Shown: positions 18,188 to 29,400, counted from the first letter of the stretch. The stretch: 64,000 nucleotides of DNA from an uncultured Eubacteriales bacterium (GCA_948467545.1 CAOKER010000003.1:103500-167499), one strand, 5' to 3'. Numbers and translations are program-made. The notes: generated from the sequence alone by a model not told the origin.

Positions 18188-19261
18188 ATGCTTGAAAATA
18201 CTGTATACAGACTGAAGCATGATAAGAAACTCAGCGTCGGTTTTATCGGAGGATCCGTTACTGAGGGATGCGGCGCTTCAAGTCCTAAGACAAGCTGGGC
18301 AGGACGTACCTGCGACTGGTTTACCAAAACGTATCCGGATACAGAATTCAAATTTGAGAATGCCGCAATCGGAGGTACGGGTTCTATGCTCGGGGTTTAC
18401 CGTATCGAGCATGAGCTTCTTGACAAGTCGGATCCTGATCTTGTATTTGTCGAATTTGCGATAAATGACTGGGGCTGGCCTTATGACGGAATTTTTTCGG
18501 ATATGGAGGCAATTGTACGTAAAATCCGTACGCGAAAACCTACGGCAGATATTATTTTTATATATACGGCTACATTGTATACTACTCAGTCGCTGGTAAC
18601 CGGATGCGAGATTGAGAGCCGTTCGGCTCATTCGGCGGTTGCTCATTATTACGGTGATATTTTGTCCGTAGATATTGGGGAGGTTCTTAGGAATTCCGTA
18701 TATTTGAATGCAGGCGGTGATTGGCTCAAATATACCCATGACAATGTTCATCCTAACGATGAAGGCTACCGTATCTGTGCCGATGCATTGACAGCACAGT
18801 TAGATAAGTATCTCAGCGCGGCAGAAGCTCCCGCGGAGCTTGTTTCGCGCGGTAAGCTGCCGCCGAGGCTTGCAAAATTTGACCGTACGGAAGCAAGAAT
18901 GATAGATCCGTCAGAGGCGGTTATGTCTGACGGATGGACTATAATAAATGAGCCGATATGCGGTAAGGGGACGCATTATATAAGGGCTGATAAACCGGGA
19001 GCATGGATTGAGCTTCGTTTTACGGGGCGCCGTGCGGGAATATATCAGGCGATGACTAATAGTTCGGGGTATTATGCCTACAGCATGGATGACGGCCCTG
19101 AGAAAAAAGATTGCTCTTACTCACGTGACGGTCAGATATCGATGTGTATGACAAACGAAATTGAGTATGGCGAACATGTTTTTAGACTCAGAGTTCTTGA
19201 GGACATACCTGAGGGCTCGTCAGGTACAAGTCTGAATTTTATCTCATTTATTGTAAGCTGA
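18188..19261 (+). CDS. SGNH/GDSL-family hydrolase with C-terminal beta-sandwich-like domain
   Basis: Block I FIGGSVTEG, block III EFAINDW, block V HDNVHPNDEGY. ATG 18188 preceded by AAAGGAAA. Confidence 0.75.
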   Translation: MLENTVYRLKHDKKLSVGFIGGSVTEGCGASSPKTSWAGRTCDWFTKTYPDTEFKFENAAIGGTGSMLGVYRIEHELLDKSDPDLVFVEFAINDWGWPYDGIFSDMEAIVRKIRTRKPTADIIFIYTATLYTTQSLVTGCEIESRSAHSAVAHYYGDILSVDIGEVLRNSVYLNAGGDWLKYTHDNVHPNDEGYRICADALTAQLDKYLSAAEAPAELVSRGKLPPRLAKFDRTEARMIDPSEAVMSDGWTIINEPICGKGTHYIRADKPGAWIELRFTGRRAGIYQAMTNSSGYYAYSMDDGPEKKDCSYSRDGQISMCMTNEIEYGEHVFRLRVLEDIPEGSSGTSLNFISFIVS

Positions 19262-19746
19262 AAATGGATTTATATTTTTAGGTGCAATGAGAGGTATATC
19301 TGTATTTACATAGGAAAACATATTTTATATCTGTATAATTTTTTGGATGCAGATTCAGACGGTTTACCGGATGTTCTCGGAGAATCACTTATATGTGTCG
19401 GCGTGTGTTGAGGGGAATACGGCAATGGATGTTGATTCCGGTGAGATGTGTGTCATTCATAGACATTCCGATAACGATTCTGTAGGCACTTTGATGATGT
19501 GTGTTGATGATGTGAAATACAGTAGTTGGTATGGGTTCCGGTAAAATGCAAATTACCTCCTGCGGTTTCGGTGATATAGTTTGTATTTGACTGATAAAAG
19601 CCGCTTCTGCTTTTTGTGGAGGCGGCCGTCTGTTGCTTAAACCGAGCTATTATACTGAACTAATAATATTTTATGTTTTTTATAAACCGTTTTTAGCGAA
19701 TACAATAAAACACTGTTTTTTACAAGGCAATTGTTTTAAAGGAAAA

Positions 19747-20982
19747 ATGGAAAGGGGTGCGGCTTTGAAGAAAAAGCACGTACTTATTGCGGTCTGTTCC
19801 GCATTTTTGGCTGCAGTTGTTACGTTTCAAATAACGGTTATCTTTATGAACAGCAGCTGTAATCGTCAGATAGAAAGTTTGAAAGCTGAATACAGCAATT
19901 CTTTGACCGGAAAATTAAAAATCCTGGATGAGAAATTCCGTCAATTATATGTGGGGGAAATAGACGAAAAGAAGCTTGAAGAGGCTGTTCTGGACGGATA
20001 TATTTCCGGGACAGGAGATCTTTACGGAGAATACATGACCGTCGAAGAATATGCTGCTTTTACAAGCGATCAAAACGGAGAATTTCAGGGAATCGGCATT
20101 ACAGTAACGCAGAATACAGAGTATTCGGCAATTGAAGTGGTATCGGTTATGCCTGATTCTCCTGCTCTCGAAGCCGGGGTGGAAAGAGGAGACCTTATAT
20201 ATATGGTCGGAACCGAATATGTTTCCGAGCTTGGCTATAATATTGCTGTTAAAATGCTGCAGGGAGAAGCCGGAACTACAGCCGAATTTACTGTACGGAG
20301 AGGCGAAAATTACGAGGAGGAGAAATCCTTTTCCGTTTTACGCGGATATGTAACAGAACAGACTGTATCATGGCATGTTTTGGATGATGGAATCGGAGAT
20401 ATAGGAATAATTAAGATTACATCCTTTGACGCTAAAACGCCGGATCAATTTACAAATGCGGTAGATTCACTGCGCTCGGAAGGTGTTGCCTCTTTGGTAT
20501 TTGATGTCCGAAATAATCCCGGCGGCGAGCTTACAAGCATTTTGAGTATCCTTGATATGCTGCTTCCGGAAGGTCCGATTATAAGAATTGTCGGTTCGGA
20601 TGGAAAAGAAACTGTCAGAAGCTCGGACGCTTCCGAAATCGATATGCCGATGGCTGTATTGATTAACGGACATACTGCAAGTGCAGCCGAATTATTTTCG
20701 TGTGCTCTCCAGGATTATGATAAAGCGGTTCTTGTCGGAACAATAACGTACGGAAAGGGATGTATGCAGCAGATTGTAAAGCTTGCAGACGGATCCGCGC
20801 TTCGAGTAACGGTAAGCTTGTACAATCCGCCTTATTCGGATAACTATGATGGGATAGGAGTTTCTCCGGATATATTTATTGAGGCTGACGAAAAGCTTTC
20901 ATCCTCGAATATTTATGACATTGCTGATTCTGATGACAATCAGTTAATGGCGGCTGTTGTGCAACTAAGGTCAGTTGAATAA
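19747..20982 (+). CDS. S41 family carboxy-terminal processing peptidase
   Basis: N-terminal TM anchor; PDZ region (FQGIGITV...PDSPALEAGVERGDLI); catalytic blocks VRNNPGGEL, NGHTASAAELF, TYGKG. Confidence 0.88.
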   Translation: MERGAALKKKHVLIAVCSAFLAAVVTFQITVIFMNSSCNRQIESLKAEYSNSLTGKLKILDEKFRQLYVGEIDEKKLEEAVLDGYISGTGDLYGEYMTVEEYAAFTSDQNGEFQGIGITVTQNTEYSAIEVVSVMPDSPALEAGVERGDLIYMVGTEYVSELGYNIAVKMLQGEAGTTAEFTVRRGENYEEEKSFSVLRGYVTEQTVSWHVLDDGIGDIGIIKITSFDAKTPDQFTNAVDSLRSEGVASLVFDVRNNPGGELTSILSILDMLLPEGPIIRIVGSDGKETVRSSDASEIDMPMAVLINGHTASAAELFSCALQDYDKAVLVGTITYGKGCMQQIVKLADGSALRVTVSLYNPPYSDNYDGIGVSPDIFIEADEKLSSSNIYDIADSDDNQLMAAVVQLRSVE

Positions 20983-21041
20983 TATAACAGAATTATTTAT
21001 ATAGAATGGTATTTTATAATTAATGAAAGGAATTTATAGAT

Positions 21042-21515
21042 ATGGCAAAACTTAATAAAATAACAAATGAAGGATTGAAAAAATTAGAGGATGAACTTTC
21101 TTTTTTAAAAACTATACGACGCAAAGAGGTAAGTGAACAGATCAAAACGGCACGTGCCCTCGGTGACTTGTCGGAAAACAGTGAATATGATGAGGCTCGT
21201 GAGGAGCAGGCAAAGGTTGAAGCACGCATTTCCGAGCTTGAGAATATGCTTGAAAATGTTGAGGTTATAAGCGAGCATGAGCTTACAACCGATACGGTGA
21301 ATGTCGGTTCCAAGGTTAGAGTATTTGATGAAAAGAATAATGAAGAAATTGAATATACGGTAGTCGGTTCTTCCGAAGCTAATGCTCTGAAAAGAAAAAT
21401 TTCAGATCAGTCTCCGATCGGCAGTGCTCTTATGGGTGCTAAGGTAGATGAGATTGTTACCGCATATACTCCGGGCGGAGAATTAAAGTTTAAAATCGTT
21501 GAGATTTCAAAATAA
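21042..21515 (+). CDS. greA: Transcription elongation factor GreA
   Basis: LGDLSENSEYDEAREEQ acidic-tip motif on the coiled-coil N-domain; 157 aa. Confidence 0.95.
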   Translation: MAKLNKITNEGLKKLEDELSFLKTIRRKEVSEQIKTARALGDLSENSEYDEAREEQAKVEARISELENMLENVEVISEHELTTDTVNVGSKVRVFDEKNNEEIEYTVVGSSEANALKRKISDQSPIGSALMGAKVDEIVTAYTPGGELKFKIVEISK

Positions 21516-21662
21516 ACGGTAAAGCATACGAGATAATTGAAAAAAGTGTATTTACAGAAAAGGATATATCGTGAAAATAAGTAAATCCGCAAATCACCGG
21601 ACACTTTTTCACGCTCGTTTGTGTCTGTCTGCACAAATGCAAAGAAAGGTATGTTAATTAAC

Positions 21663-23198
21663 ATGAACGAAAATACAGCAAATTCATCGGAAAGAAAAAA
21701 TTCAGCAGCTCAGGGTAATGTACAGGAACAGGATATAGGTCAGCTTCTGAAAGTACGGCGAGAAAAGCTTGCGGCTTTGCAGCAGGATGGAAAGGATCCT
21801 TTTAAGATTACAAAGTATGATGTTACAAACCACAGCGCAGAAATAAAGTCCGATTTTGAAGCTTTTGATTCTAAAGCAGTTTCCGTTGCCGGAAGAATGA
21901 TGTCAAAGCGTGTTATGGGCAAAGCTTCTTTTTGTAATGTTCAGGACAGTCAGGGTACAATTCAGGCATATGTCGCACGTGATAATGTTGGAGAGGAGCC
22001 GTACGGAGATTTTAAAAAATATGATATCGGCGATATAATTGGAATTAAAGGAACGGTATTTAAAACTAAGACGGGAGAGATTTCAATTCATGTAACCGAA
22101 ATCACACTTCTCTCAAAAAGTCTTCAGATACTTCCGGAAAAATTTCACGGTCTTACGAATACGGACCTCCGTTACCGTCAGCGCTATACCGACCTTATTA
22201 TGAATTCGGATGTAAGGGACACATTTGTTAAGCGTTCAAGAATAATCGGGGCTATCAGAAAATACCTAACATCTCAGAATTTTCTTGAGGTAGAAACTCC
22301 TATGCTTGTAAACAATGCAGGAGGTGCATCGGCAAGACCGTTTGAAACACATTTTAATGCGCTTGACGAGGACATGAAGCTTCGTATTTCTCTTGAGCTT
22401 TATCTTAAGAGACTTATTGTAGGCGGTTTGGAACGTGTATATGAAATAGGACGTGTTTTTCGCAATGAAGGGTTGGATACCCGTCATAATCCGGAATTTA
22501 CGCTTATGGAGCTTTATCAGGCTTATACCGATTATCACGGAATGATGGATTTGACTGAAAATATGTACCGTTATGTTGCCAATGAAGTTCTTGGAACGAC
22601 CAAAATTACCTATAACGGAATTGAAATGGATCTCGGAAAGCCATTTGAACGTATTACAATGCTGGACGCTGTAAAAAAATATTCGGGAGTTGACTTTAAT
22701 GAAGTACATACTCTTGATGAGGCAAGAGAGCTTGCAAAAAAACATCACATTGAATTTGAAATGCGCCATACAAAGGGCGATATTTTAAATTTATTTTTTG
22801 AAGAGTTTGTTGAAGAGCATCTTGTTCAGCCTACCTTTGTAATGGATCATCCTGTTGAAATTTCACCTCTTACTAAGAAAAAACCGGATAACCCGGATTA
22901 CGTCGAAAGATTTGAATTTTTCATGAACGGATGGGAAATGGCGAATGCGTACTCTGAGCTCAATGATCCTATCGATCAGCGCGAACGTTTTGCTGCTCAG
23001 GAAAAACGTTTTGAGCAGGGAGATGCGGAGGCTAATCATACCGATGAAGATTTTCTTAATGCTCTTGAAATCGGTATGCCTCCTACAGGTGGAATCGGTT
23101 TTGGAATTGACAGAATGTGTATGCTTTTTACAGATTCCGCTGCTATACGGGACGTTTTGCTTTTCCCGACGATGAAGTCCCTGCCGAGTGAAAAATAA
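21663..23198 (+). CDS. lysS: Lysyl-tRNA synthetase (class II)
   Basis: OB-fold N-domain; motif 2 [25 protein letters not shown]; motif 3 [17 protein letters not shown] 21663 (MNENTANS) preferred over the upstream ORF start. Confidence 0.95.
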   Translation: MNENTANSSERKNSAAQGNVQEQDIGQLLKVRREKLAALQQDGKDPFKITKYDVTNHSAEIKSDFEAFDSKAVSVAGRMMSKRVMGKASFCNVQDSQGTIQAYVARDNVGEEPYGDFKKYDIGDIIGIKGTVFKTKTGEISIHVTEITLLSKSLQILPEKFHGLTNTDLRYRQRYTDLIMNSDVRDTFVKRSRIIGAIRKYLTSQNFLEVETPMLVNNAGGASARPFETHFNALDEDMKLRISLELYLKRLIVGGLERVYEIGRVFRNEGLDTRHNPEFTLMELYQAYTDYHGMMDLTENMYRYVANEVLGTTKITYNGIEMDLGKPFERITMLDAVKKYSGVDFNEVHTLDEARELAKKHHIEFEMRHTKGDILNLFFEEFVEEHLVQPTFVMDHPVEISPLTKKKPDNPDYVERFEFFMNGWEMANAYSELNDPIDQRERFAAQEKRFEQGDAEANHTDEDFLNALEIGMPPTGGIGFGIDRMCMLFTDSAAIRDVLLFPTMKSLPSEK

Positions 23199-23264
23199 GA
23201 AAAAACAGGGTTTTGACAGCTTTTGCCGGGTTTCGTTAATCCAAATTTACCCCGGAAAAAGGGG

Positions 23265-23463
23265 TTTACGACAAATTTACGACAAATGACTTCGAGGGCA
23301 GAGGTGGATTTTTACGACAAATCGCTGTCGTAAACACCGTGAATCGAAAATCGTTAATCGAGTGGCTTCATTGTAGTGGCTACATTGTAAAAACGGCAAA
23401 AAGGCCTTGTAGAATGGGCGGTTACAGCCGTTTACGACAGAAAGATCAGAGATATTTACGAAA
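23265..23463. repeat. Iteron cluster TTTACGACA(AAT): two tandem copies, an inverted pair, and two further copies
   Basis: TTTACGACAAAT at 23265, 23276 and 23311; inverted TGTCGTAAA at 23326-23334; TTTACGACAG at 23431; partial TTTACGAAA at 23455. Confidence 0.8.
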
Positions 23464-23575
23464 ACGAAAACAGAGCTTCAATCTTACGGTTGAGGCTCTA
23501 TTTTTTTGCTTGAAAGTCGTATCCTTTTTTGATTTCCGTTTTCCTGTATAATGAAAGCGTCAGGAGGTGCAGCAG

Positions 23576-23755
23576 ATGAAGCAGAAAGATTTTCATATAT
23601 ATTTGACGGGGCAGGAACGCAATCAGGTGATTCAATATCTGATTGAACTTAAAAACAGTCTGATAGTGCAGGGCAAATATACAGACGCAGTAGACGATGT
23701 ACTGATTAAAATTACGAAGGCTCGGAAGAAGCACATTGCTGTCCGTTACATTTGA
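23576..23755 (+). CDS. Small conserved-looking ICE protein (59 aa), function unknown
   Basis: AGGAGG 8 nt upstream of ATG 23576; extended -10 TGTATAAT at 23545-23552; followed by a strong terminator. Confidence 0.55.
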   Translation: MKQKDFHIYLTGQERNQVIQYLIELKNSLIVQGKYTDAVDDVLIKITKARKKHIAVRYI

Positions 23756-23767
23756 ACAAAGATAGTG

Positions 23768-23810
23768 AAGCCGCTTGTTTCTCTTACTTGGAGAAGCAGG
23801 CGGCTTTTTT
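23768..23810 (+). terminator. Intrinsic terminator
   Basis: 16-bp stem AAGCCGCTTGTTTCTC/GAGAAGCAGGCGGCTT (two G-U pairs) followed by TTTTTT. Confidence 0.8.
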
Positions 23811-23855
23811 GCGTTTAGGAAGCGCACAAAATTTTTTTGAAAAATTTTTCAAAGC

Positions 23856-23912
23856 AGAGTCCCCAAACGACCTTTCCCTGTGAGAACAAGTGAAAGGGTA
23901 AAATCCACTCCG
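23856..23912 (+). promoter_or_regulatory. Copy A of a conserved bipartite element (42-bp block + CCACTCCG box) upstream of the parA remnant
   Basis: 40/42 identical to 61693-61734. After a 7-8 nt variable gap a second shared box, tcCACTCCG versus tcTACTCCG. Contains CCTTTC...GAAAGG hairpin potential. Confidence 0.6.
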
Positions 23913-23987
23913 ATTCGGAGTGCTTCCCTTCGCTGAATCTTGACAATTAAATAGACAGGCGTTAAGGACTTTATTTCTGATGATTAG

Positions 23988-24598
23988 CCCGAAGGTGGGT
24001 ACGCCACGACCGTCACTTCTTAGGGTTCCCGAAAAGTCGATAGACTTTTTGGGAAAAATTGTCTGCAATGGAAATGAGCCTTGTAACTGCTATGAGCAGG
24101 GAATCCGTAATGAAAAATTACCTGAGCCAAGTAAAAGACAAATACGATTATATTCTGATCGACTGTATGCCTTCGCTCGGTATGATTACCCTGAACGCAT
24201 TAACGGCGGCGGACAGCGTGATTATTCCCGTTCAGGCACAGTATTTGCCTGCAAAGGGAATGACGCAGCTTTTGCAGACCATCTCAAAGGTAAAGAAGCA
24301 CACCAATCCGAACTTGCAGATAGACGGGATACTTTTAACCCTTGTGGACGGGAGAACAAATCTTGCGAAAAGCACGGTGGACGCTTTGCGGGATAACTTC
24401 GGCAGCCGCATTAAAATATATAAGACTGCCATTCCCATTGCCGTAAAAGCGGCAGAGGTATCCTCTAAGGGCAAAAGCATTTACGCTTATGAGCCAAGCA
24501 GTACGGTATCTAAGGCTTACGCCGATTTCACAAAGGAGGTGTTAGCCGATGGCAGGCAGAAAGAGCGACTTCACGCTTCCAACGAACACGCTCGATGA
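23988..24598 (+). pseudogene. ParA/Soj-family ATPase, N-terminally decayed (Walker A lost)
   Basis: 24059-24598 encodes the C-terminal two-thirds of ParA (DYILIDCMPSLGMITLNALTAADSVIIPVQ...). Upstream, an 11-codon remnant PEGGYATTVTS sits in another frame, lacks the P-loop Lys and is bounded by stops. Confidence 0.7.
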
Positions 24599-25487
24599 CC
24601 TTTTTTCCACGCAGGAGGAACGGGACGAGGCGAAGCTGCAAAAAATCAGAGACATACCGCTTTCTGAAATCGACGGTTTTCCCAACCACCCGTTTCAGGT
24701 GCGGGAAGATGAGGATATGTTTCAGCTTGTGGAAAGCATCAAGGAGCGTGGCGTTATTACGCCCGCAACCGTAAGGCAGAAAGAAGATGGCAGATACGAG
24801 CTTATTTCAGGACACAGGCGTAAAAAAGCTTGCGAGCTTGCCGGATTTGAAACGCTGCGCTGCGAGGTTGTAGACCTTGACCGGGACGAAGCGACGATTT
24901 TAATGGTGGAGAGCAACTACCAAAGGTCGCAGATACTTCCGTCAGAAAAGGCGTTCGCCTATAAAATGCGGCTGGATGCAATGAAAAGACAGGGACAGCG
25001 TAATGATTTAACTTCTGCCCCAGTGGGGCAAAAGTTTTCAAGAGAGGTTTTAGCGGCAGAAAGCGGCGATAGCCATTCGCAAATCCAGCGTTATGTCCGT
25101 CTTACAAACCTTGTTCCCGAACTGCTTGAATTTGTCGATGAGGGCAAAATTAAAATGCGCCCTGCCGTAGAGCTTTCCTATCTTGACGAGGACTGCCAGC
25201 GTGATGTGGTGGACGAAATTGACTTAAACGACTGTACGCCCTCCCACGACCAAACAATCCGTATGCGGAAGTTCTTTAACGAGGGCAAACTGACTACCGA
25301 GGCGATTTCTGCGATTATGAGCGAGGAAAAGCCAAACCAGCGTGAAAAGATTGTTTTGCGTGGGGATAAGGTGCGAAGTCTGATACCGAAGAACATTCCG
25401 ATAAATCAGACGGAGGAATATGTCTGCAAGGCATTGGAGTATTACAACAAATTTCTGCGAAGCCGGGCGGAACGGTACAGCAGGTAG
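24549..25487 (+). CDS. ParB/Srx-domain partition/nuclease-like protein
   Basis: AGGAGG 9 nt upstream; ParB N-domain blocks IPLSEIDGFPNHPFQV, ERGVITPATV, LISGHRRKKACELAG. Confidence 0.85.
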   Translation: MAGRKSDFTLPTNTLDDLFSTQEERDEAKLQKIRDIPLSEIDGFPNHPFQVREDEDMFQLVESIKERGVITPATVRQKEDGRYELISGHRRKKACELAGFETLRCEVVDLDRDEATILMVESNYQRSQILPSEKAFAYKMRLDAMKRQGQRNDLTSAPVGQKFSREVLAAESGDSHSQIQRYVRLTNLVPELLEFVDEGKIKMRPAVELSYLDEDCQRDVVDEIDLNDCTPSHDQTIRMRKFFNEGKLTTEAISAIMSEEKPNQREKIVLRGDKVRSLIPKNIPINQTEEYVCKALEYYNKFLRSRAERYSR

Positions 25488-25704
25488 GCGGAGTGTGTTT
25501 TTTTCATTTCCCCTTCCTCACACTCTAACCCCTTGAAACTACCTGACTAACCGAAAAAGAATATTCTATCTCCCTGAATTTACGCTGTCTTACCTGAGTA
25601 AATCTATCTCAGGCAAATGAAAAAGGAATGCGATGATTTGCACTCTTGCCGAAAAAGGCTTTATTGGCTAAAATGAGGTCAAAAGGACGAAGGAGTGTGA
25701 CGCT

Positions 25705-26421
25705 ATGAAAGCAAAAATCGCAGTTCTTTCGGCAGTTTTATTACTCGTAACGCTTACGGGCTGCAACAATAACCCGCAGAAAGATAAAGAGCCTGAACCG
25801 TTTTCTTTTTCGGAAAGTAGCGAGAACACTTCCGAATCCGATACGCTTTTGGCAGAAGAACAGGTACAGGAGGTTGAGAAAGCACCCGAAGCCACGCAGA
25901 GTACGGAATTATCCGAAGAAAAAGACACCGTAGCAGAGAGCAGTAATGCGCTAACGGTCGCAGCCGGTTCGGAAAATTCAAACGAACCGACCATCACACC
26001 GAAAAATAAGCAGTCGGCTGTAACAGGCGGTCAGGAAGCGCGAAATTTTACACCTGAAGCAATGCCGACACCAACGCCAAGTATGACGGAGGCTGCCGAT
26101 AATAACACGCCTGAGCCTGCTGCTCCAACTGTTACCGTACAGCCGACATCCGAAGTAACGCCGAGCGAACCCGATTTTGATATTGATTATTGGATTTCTT
26201 ATGCAAAAAGCTATGCTCAAAGCGTTGGACTGACGCTCAACAGCGAAGCCGTATATTGTTGGGATAATCCGATAGCGGCAGGAACGAAATGCAAATATAC
26301 AGAACGGGATATAATCGCCTGCCTGAACCGCTACGCCAATGACGAAGAAATTACCGATGTCTGGATATGGACGGAAAAAACAGGCGAAAATGCTTACGAA
26401 ATCTATATCGGATACGCTTAA
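25705..26421 (+). CDS. Lipoprotein of unknown function with Pro/Thr/Glu-rich linker
   Basis: Lipobox signal peptide MKAKIAVLSAVLLLVTLTGC; low-complexity linker; Cys-containing C-terminal globular domain. Confidence 0.7.
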   Translation: MKAKIAVLSAVLLLVTLTGCNNNPQKDKEPEPFSFSESSENTSESDTLLAEEQVQEVEKAPEATQSTELSEEKDTVAESSNALTVAAGSENSNEPTITPKNKQSAVTGGQEARNFTPEAMPTPTPSMTEAADNNTPEPAAPTVTVQPTSEVTPSEPDFDIDYWISYAKSYAQSVGLTLNSEAVYCWDNPIAAGTKCKYTERDIIACLNRYANDEEITDVWIWTEKTGENAYEIYIGYA

Positions 26422-26442
26422 AACCGAATAACCAAATCAACC

Positions 26443-26475
26443 GCACCGTGTTTAACCAGCACGGTGCTTTTTCTT
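26443..26475 (+). terminator. Intrinsic terminator
   Basis: 8-bp stem GCACCGTG/CACGGTGC followed by TTTTTC. Confidence 0.7.
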
Positions 26476-26497
26476 TTACAAGGAGGTTTATAACACA

Positions 26498-29400
26498 ATG
26501 AATAAAAGTATTTTCAAAAGAGGCACATCGGCGCTTCTTGCTGTCCTGATGTGCCTTTCTGCCTTTCTCGGCATTGGTACAACTACCGCATTTGCCGCAG
26601 GAGAGGAAGCGGAAGCCGTACTTGTTTCCTTCCCTCGTGACGGGGACGGGAATTACAGCAGTTCGTGGGGACACCCTGCACTAAACTATATGAACGGCTG
26701 GTCAACAGGTGCATCAAAATACAATACCGTCTATGCCATCGGCTCATACAACGGCAACATCTGCTACTGTATTGAGCCGGGTACGCCGCTTCAAACGGGA
26801 GATTCCTTTGTATCAAAGGACGAATCCTATTGGGACAACTATCCCGATGATTACAATCACACGATTTCCGCTTATGAAATCAAGATGTTTATCGGTCGTA
26901 TTTTTCAGTACGGCTATACAGGGAAAATCAGTACGGATTGGCGTTCGCAAAACGCAGAGGACGCAGATAAGCTGTCCGAAGCGATTGCCACACAGCTTGT
27001 CATTTGGGAAACCATCGTTGGAGAGCGTGACGGGGATTTTAACAAGGTCGGTACAGGCAGTTACGACGCTGTTCTCGATTCCATCAGCAAAAACCACCCG
27101 TTGTATTCTCAGATTATGAGCCACTACAACCGTATTGTATCAAGCGTACAAAAGCACTCCAAGCTGCCGAGCTTCTGTATGAAAACAAAGGGCAAGGCGC
27201 AGGATATTGAGCTTGAGTGGAACGGGACAAATTATACCGCTAAGCTTACCGATACAAACGGTGTTTTGAGCGATTACACCTTTTCCTCGAATCAGTCCGG
27301 TATCACTTTCAGTAAAAGCGGAAATACGCTTACCATTACCGCAGACAAAGCGCCAAGCTCGTCCGTAACGGTTACGGCTTCCAAGACAGCACAGCGTAAG
27401 GGCGTGATTGTATGGGACGATGGAGTTTATAAACCGGGCGCAGGAAAGCAGAATCTTACCACTTATGCCCAGACGGTCAATGATCCGGTGCAGGGTTTTG
27501 TCAATATCAAGGTGTCCTACGGTTCTGCAAAGATTGTAAAGACATCTGAGGACGGTAAGGTGGATAACATCACCTTTACCATTTCAGGCAACGGAATCAA
27601 TCAGACCGTTAAGACAAACAGCAAAGGAGAAATGCAGATTGACAACCTTCTGCCCGGCGTTTATACCGTAACCGAGCAGGAATATGACCGCTATGAGCCG
27701 CAGGAAACCCGCAGAGTTACCGTTGTCTCCGGTCAGGTGGCAACCGTTACCTTTAATAACAAATTGAAGCGTGGCGATGTTCAGGTTATCAAATCCTCTG
27801 AGGACAACTTGAACGAGGGTGTTACTTTCCATCTTTACGGCACATCGCTTTCCGGTATTGCCGTTGATGAGTATGCTGTAACCGATAAAAACGGAGTCGC
27901 CACATTTGAAGATGTTTTAATTAGCGGAAAAACACCCTATACCCTTGAAGAAGTGGATACTGCTGTGCGCTATGTCATTCCCGAAAAGCAGACCGCACCC
28001 GTTCTTTGGAATGAGGTAACAAGCCGCAGCTTCACTAACATTCTGAAAAAGTTTACTGTTACCGTAACCAAGAGCGACGCCGAAACCGGAACGGCACAGG
28101 GAGACGCTTCCCTTGCAGGCGCTAAGTACGGCATTTACAAGGGCGGTCAGCTTGTGGACGAATACTATACCGATGAAAACGGTCAGTTTACCACGAAGGA
28201 ATATATCTGCGGCGAGGATTGGACGGTTCAGGAAATCGAGCCGAGCGAGGGATATTTGCTTGATCCGACGACTTATAAGGTTGGCGCAGAGCCTTTAGCT
28301 TACACCGTAGAGCATAATCAGACTGCAAATGATGTGGTTGAAACTGTTATTAAGGGCAATATCGCCCTGATTAAGCACACAGACGATGGAGAAACACAGA
28401 TTGAAACGCCCGAAGAGGGTGCGGAGTTTGAGATTTATCTGAAATCCGCAGGCAGCTACGCCAATGCAAAGGATTCCGAGCGTGACAGGCTTATCTGTGA
28501 TGAAAACGGCTTTGCACAGAGTAAGGATATGCCTTACGGCGTATATACCGTTCATCAGGTGTCCGGTTGGGAAGGCAGAGAGTTGATGAAGGACTTTGAT
28601 GTGTTTATCGCTCAGAACGCTCAGACCTACCGCTATCTTATCAACAATGCAAATTTTGAGAGCTATATTCAGGTTGTCAAGGTGGACGCTGAAACAGGAA
28701 AGACCATTCCTTATGCGGGCGCAGGCTTTCAGATTTATGATCCTGACGGAAATCTTGTAACGATGACATTTACCTATCCGACGCCTACCACCATTGATAC
28801 CTTCTATACCGATGCTGACGGTTCTCTTGTAACGCCGGAGAAGCTACCTTACGGCAAAGGCTATTCGCTTGTAGAGGTACAAGCGCCTTACGGCTATGTT
28901 CTTGACAGCACGCCGCTTCCTTTTGATGTGGCGGAGGAACATTCTACCGAAGAAAGCGGGGTTACGGTTATCAAAGTGAATAAGGAAAATATGGCGCAGA
29001 AAGGCACGATTACCATTGAGAAATCAGGCGAGGTATTCTTCGGCGTTTCCGTTACGGGAGGAACAGAGGAAGGCGGAAACGAGCTTCCGATGATTTACAA
29101 GCCGCTTTACGAGGTGCAGGGATTACCGGGCGCAGTATATGAAGTCCGTGCGGCTGAGGATATTGTTACGCCTGACGGAACTACCCGTTACAGCAAAGGC
29201 GAGCTTGTGGATACCGTTACCACCGATGAAAACGGCTATGGAAAGAGCAAGGAACTCTATCTCGGAAAATATGAGGTAAAAGAGGTTAAAGCGCCTTACG
29301 GAATGGTGCTGAACGAGGAAGTCCATACAGTAGAGCTTGTCTATGCAGGGCAGAATGTTTCCGTTACCGAGACTGCAACCTCTTTCGTAAACGAACGGCA

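Noticed and set aside
19347-19544. 65-aa ORF, and a DADSDGLPD-like (calcium-binding repeat-like) string in another frame, in the 485-bp gap before the S41 peptidase gene
   Set aside because: No RBS, odd Cys/Met/Val-rich composition, and stops close by in all frames. At most this is a gene relic, and it cannot be supported as a feature.
23339-23551. 70-aa ORF across the iteron/left-border region
   Set aside because: It is basic and low-complexity, has no RBS and overlaps the repeat cluster and the promoter of the next gene. It is most likely non-coding border sequence.
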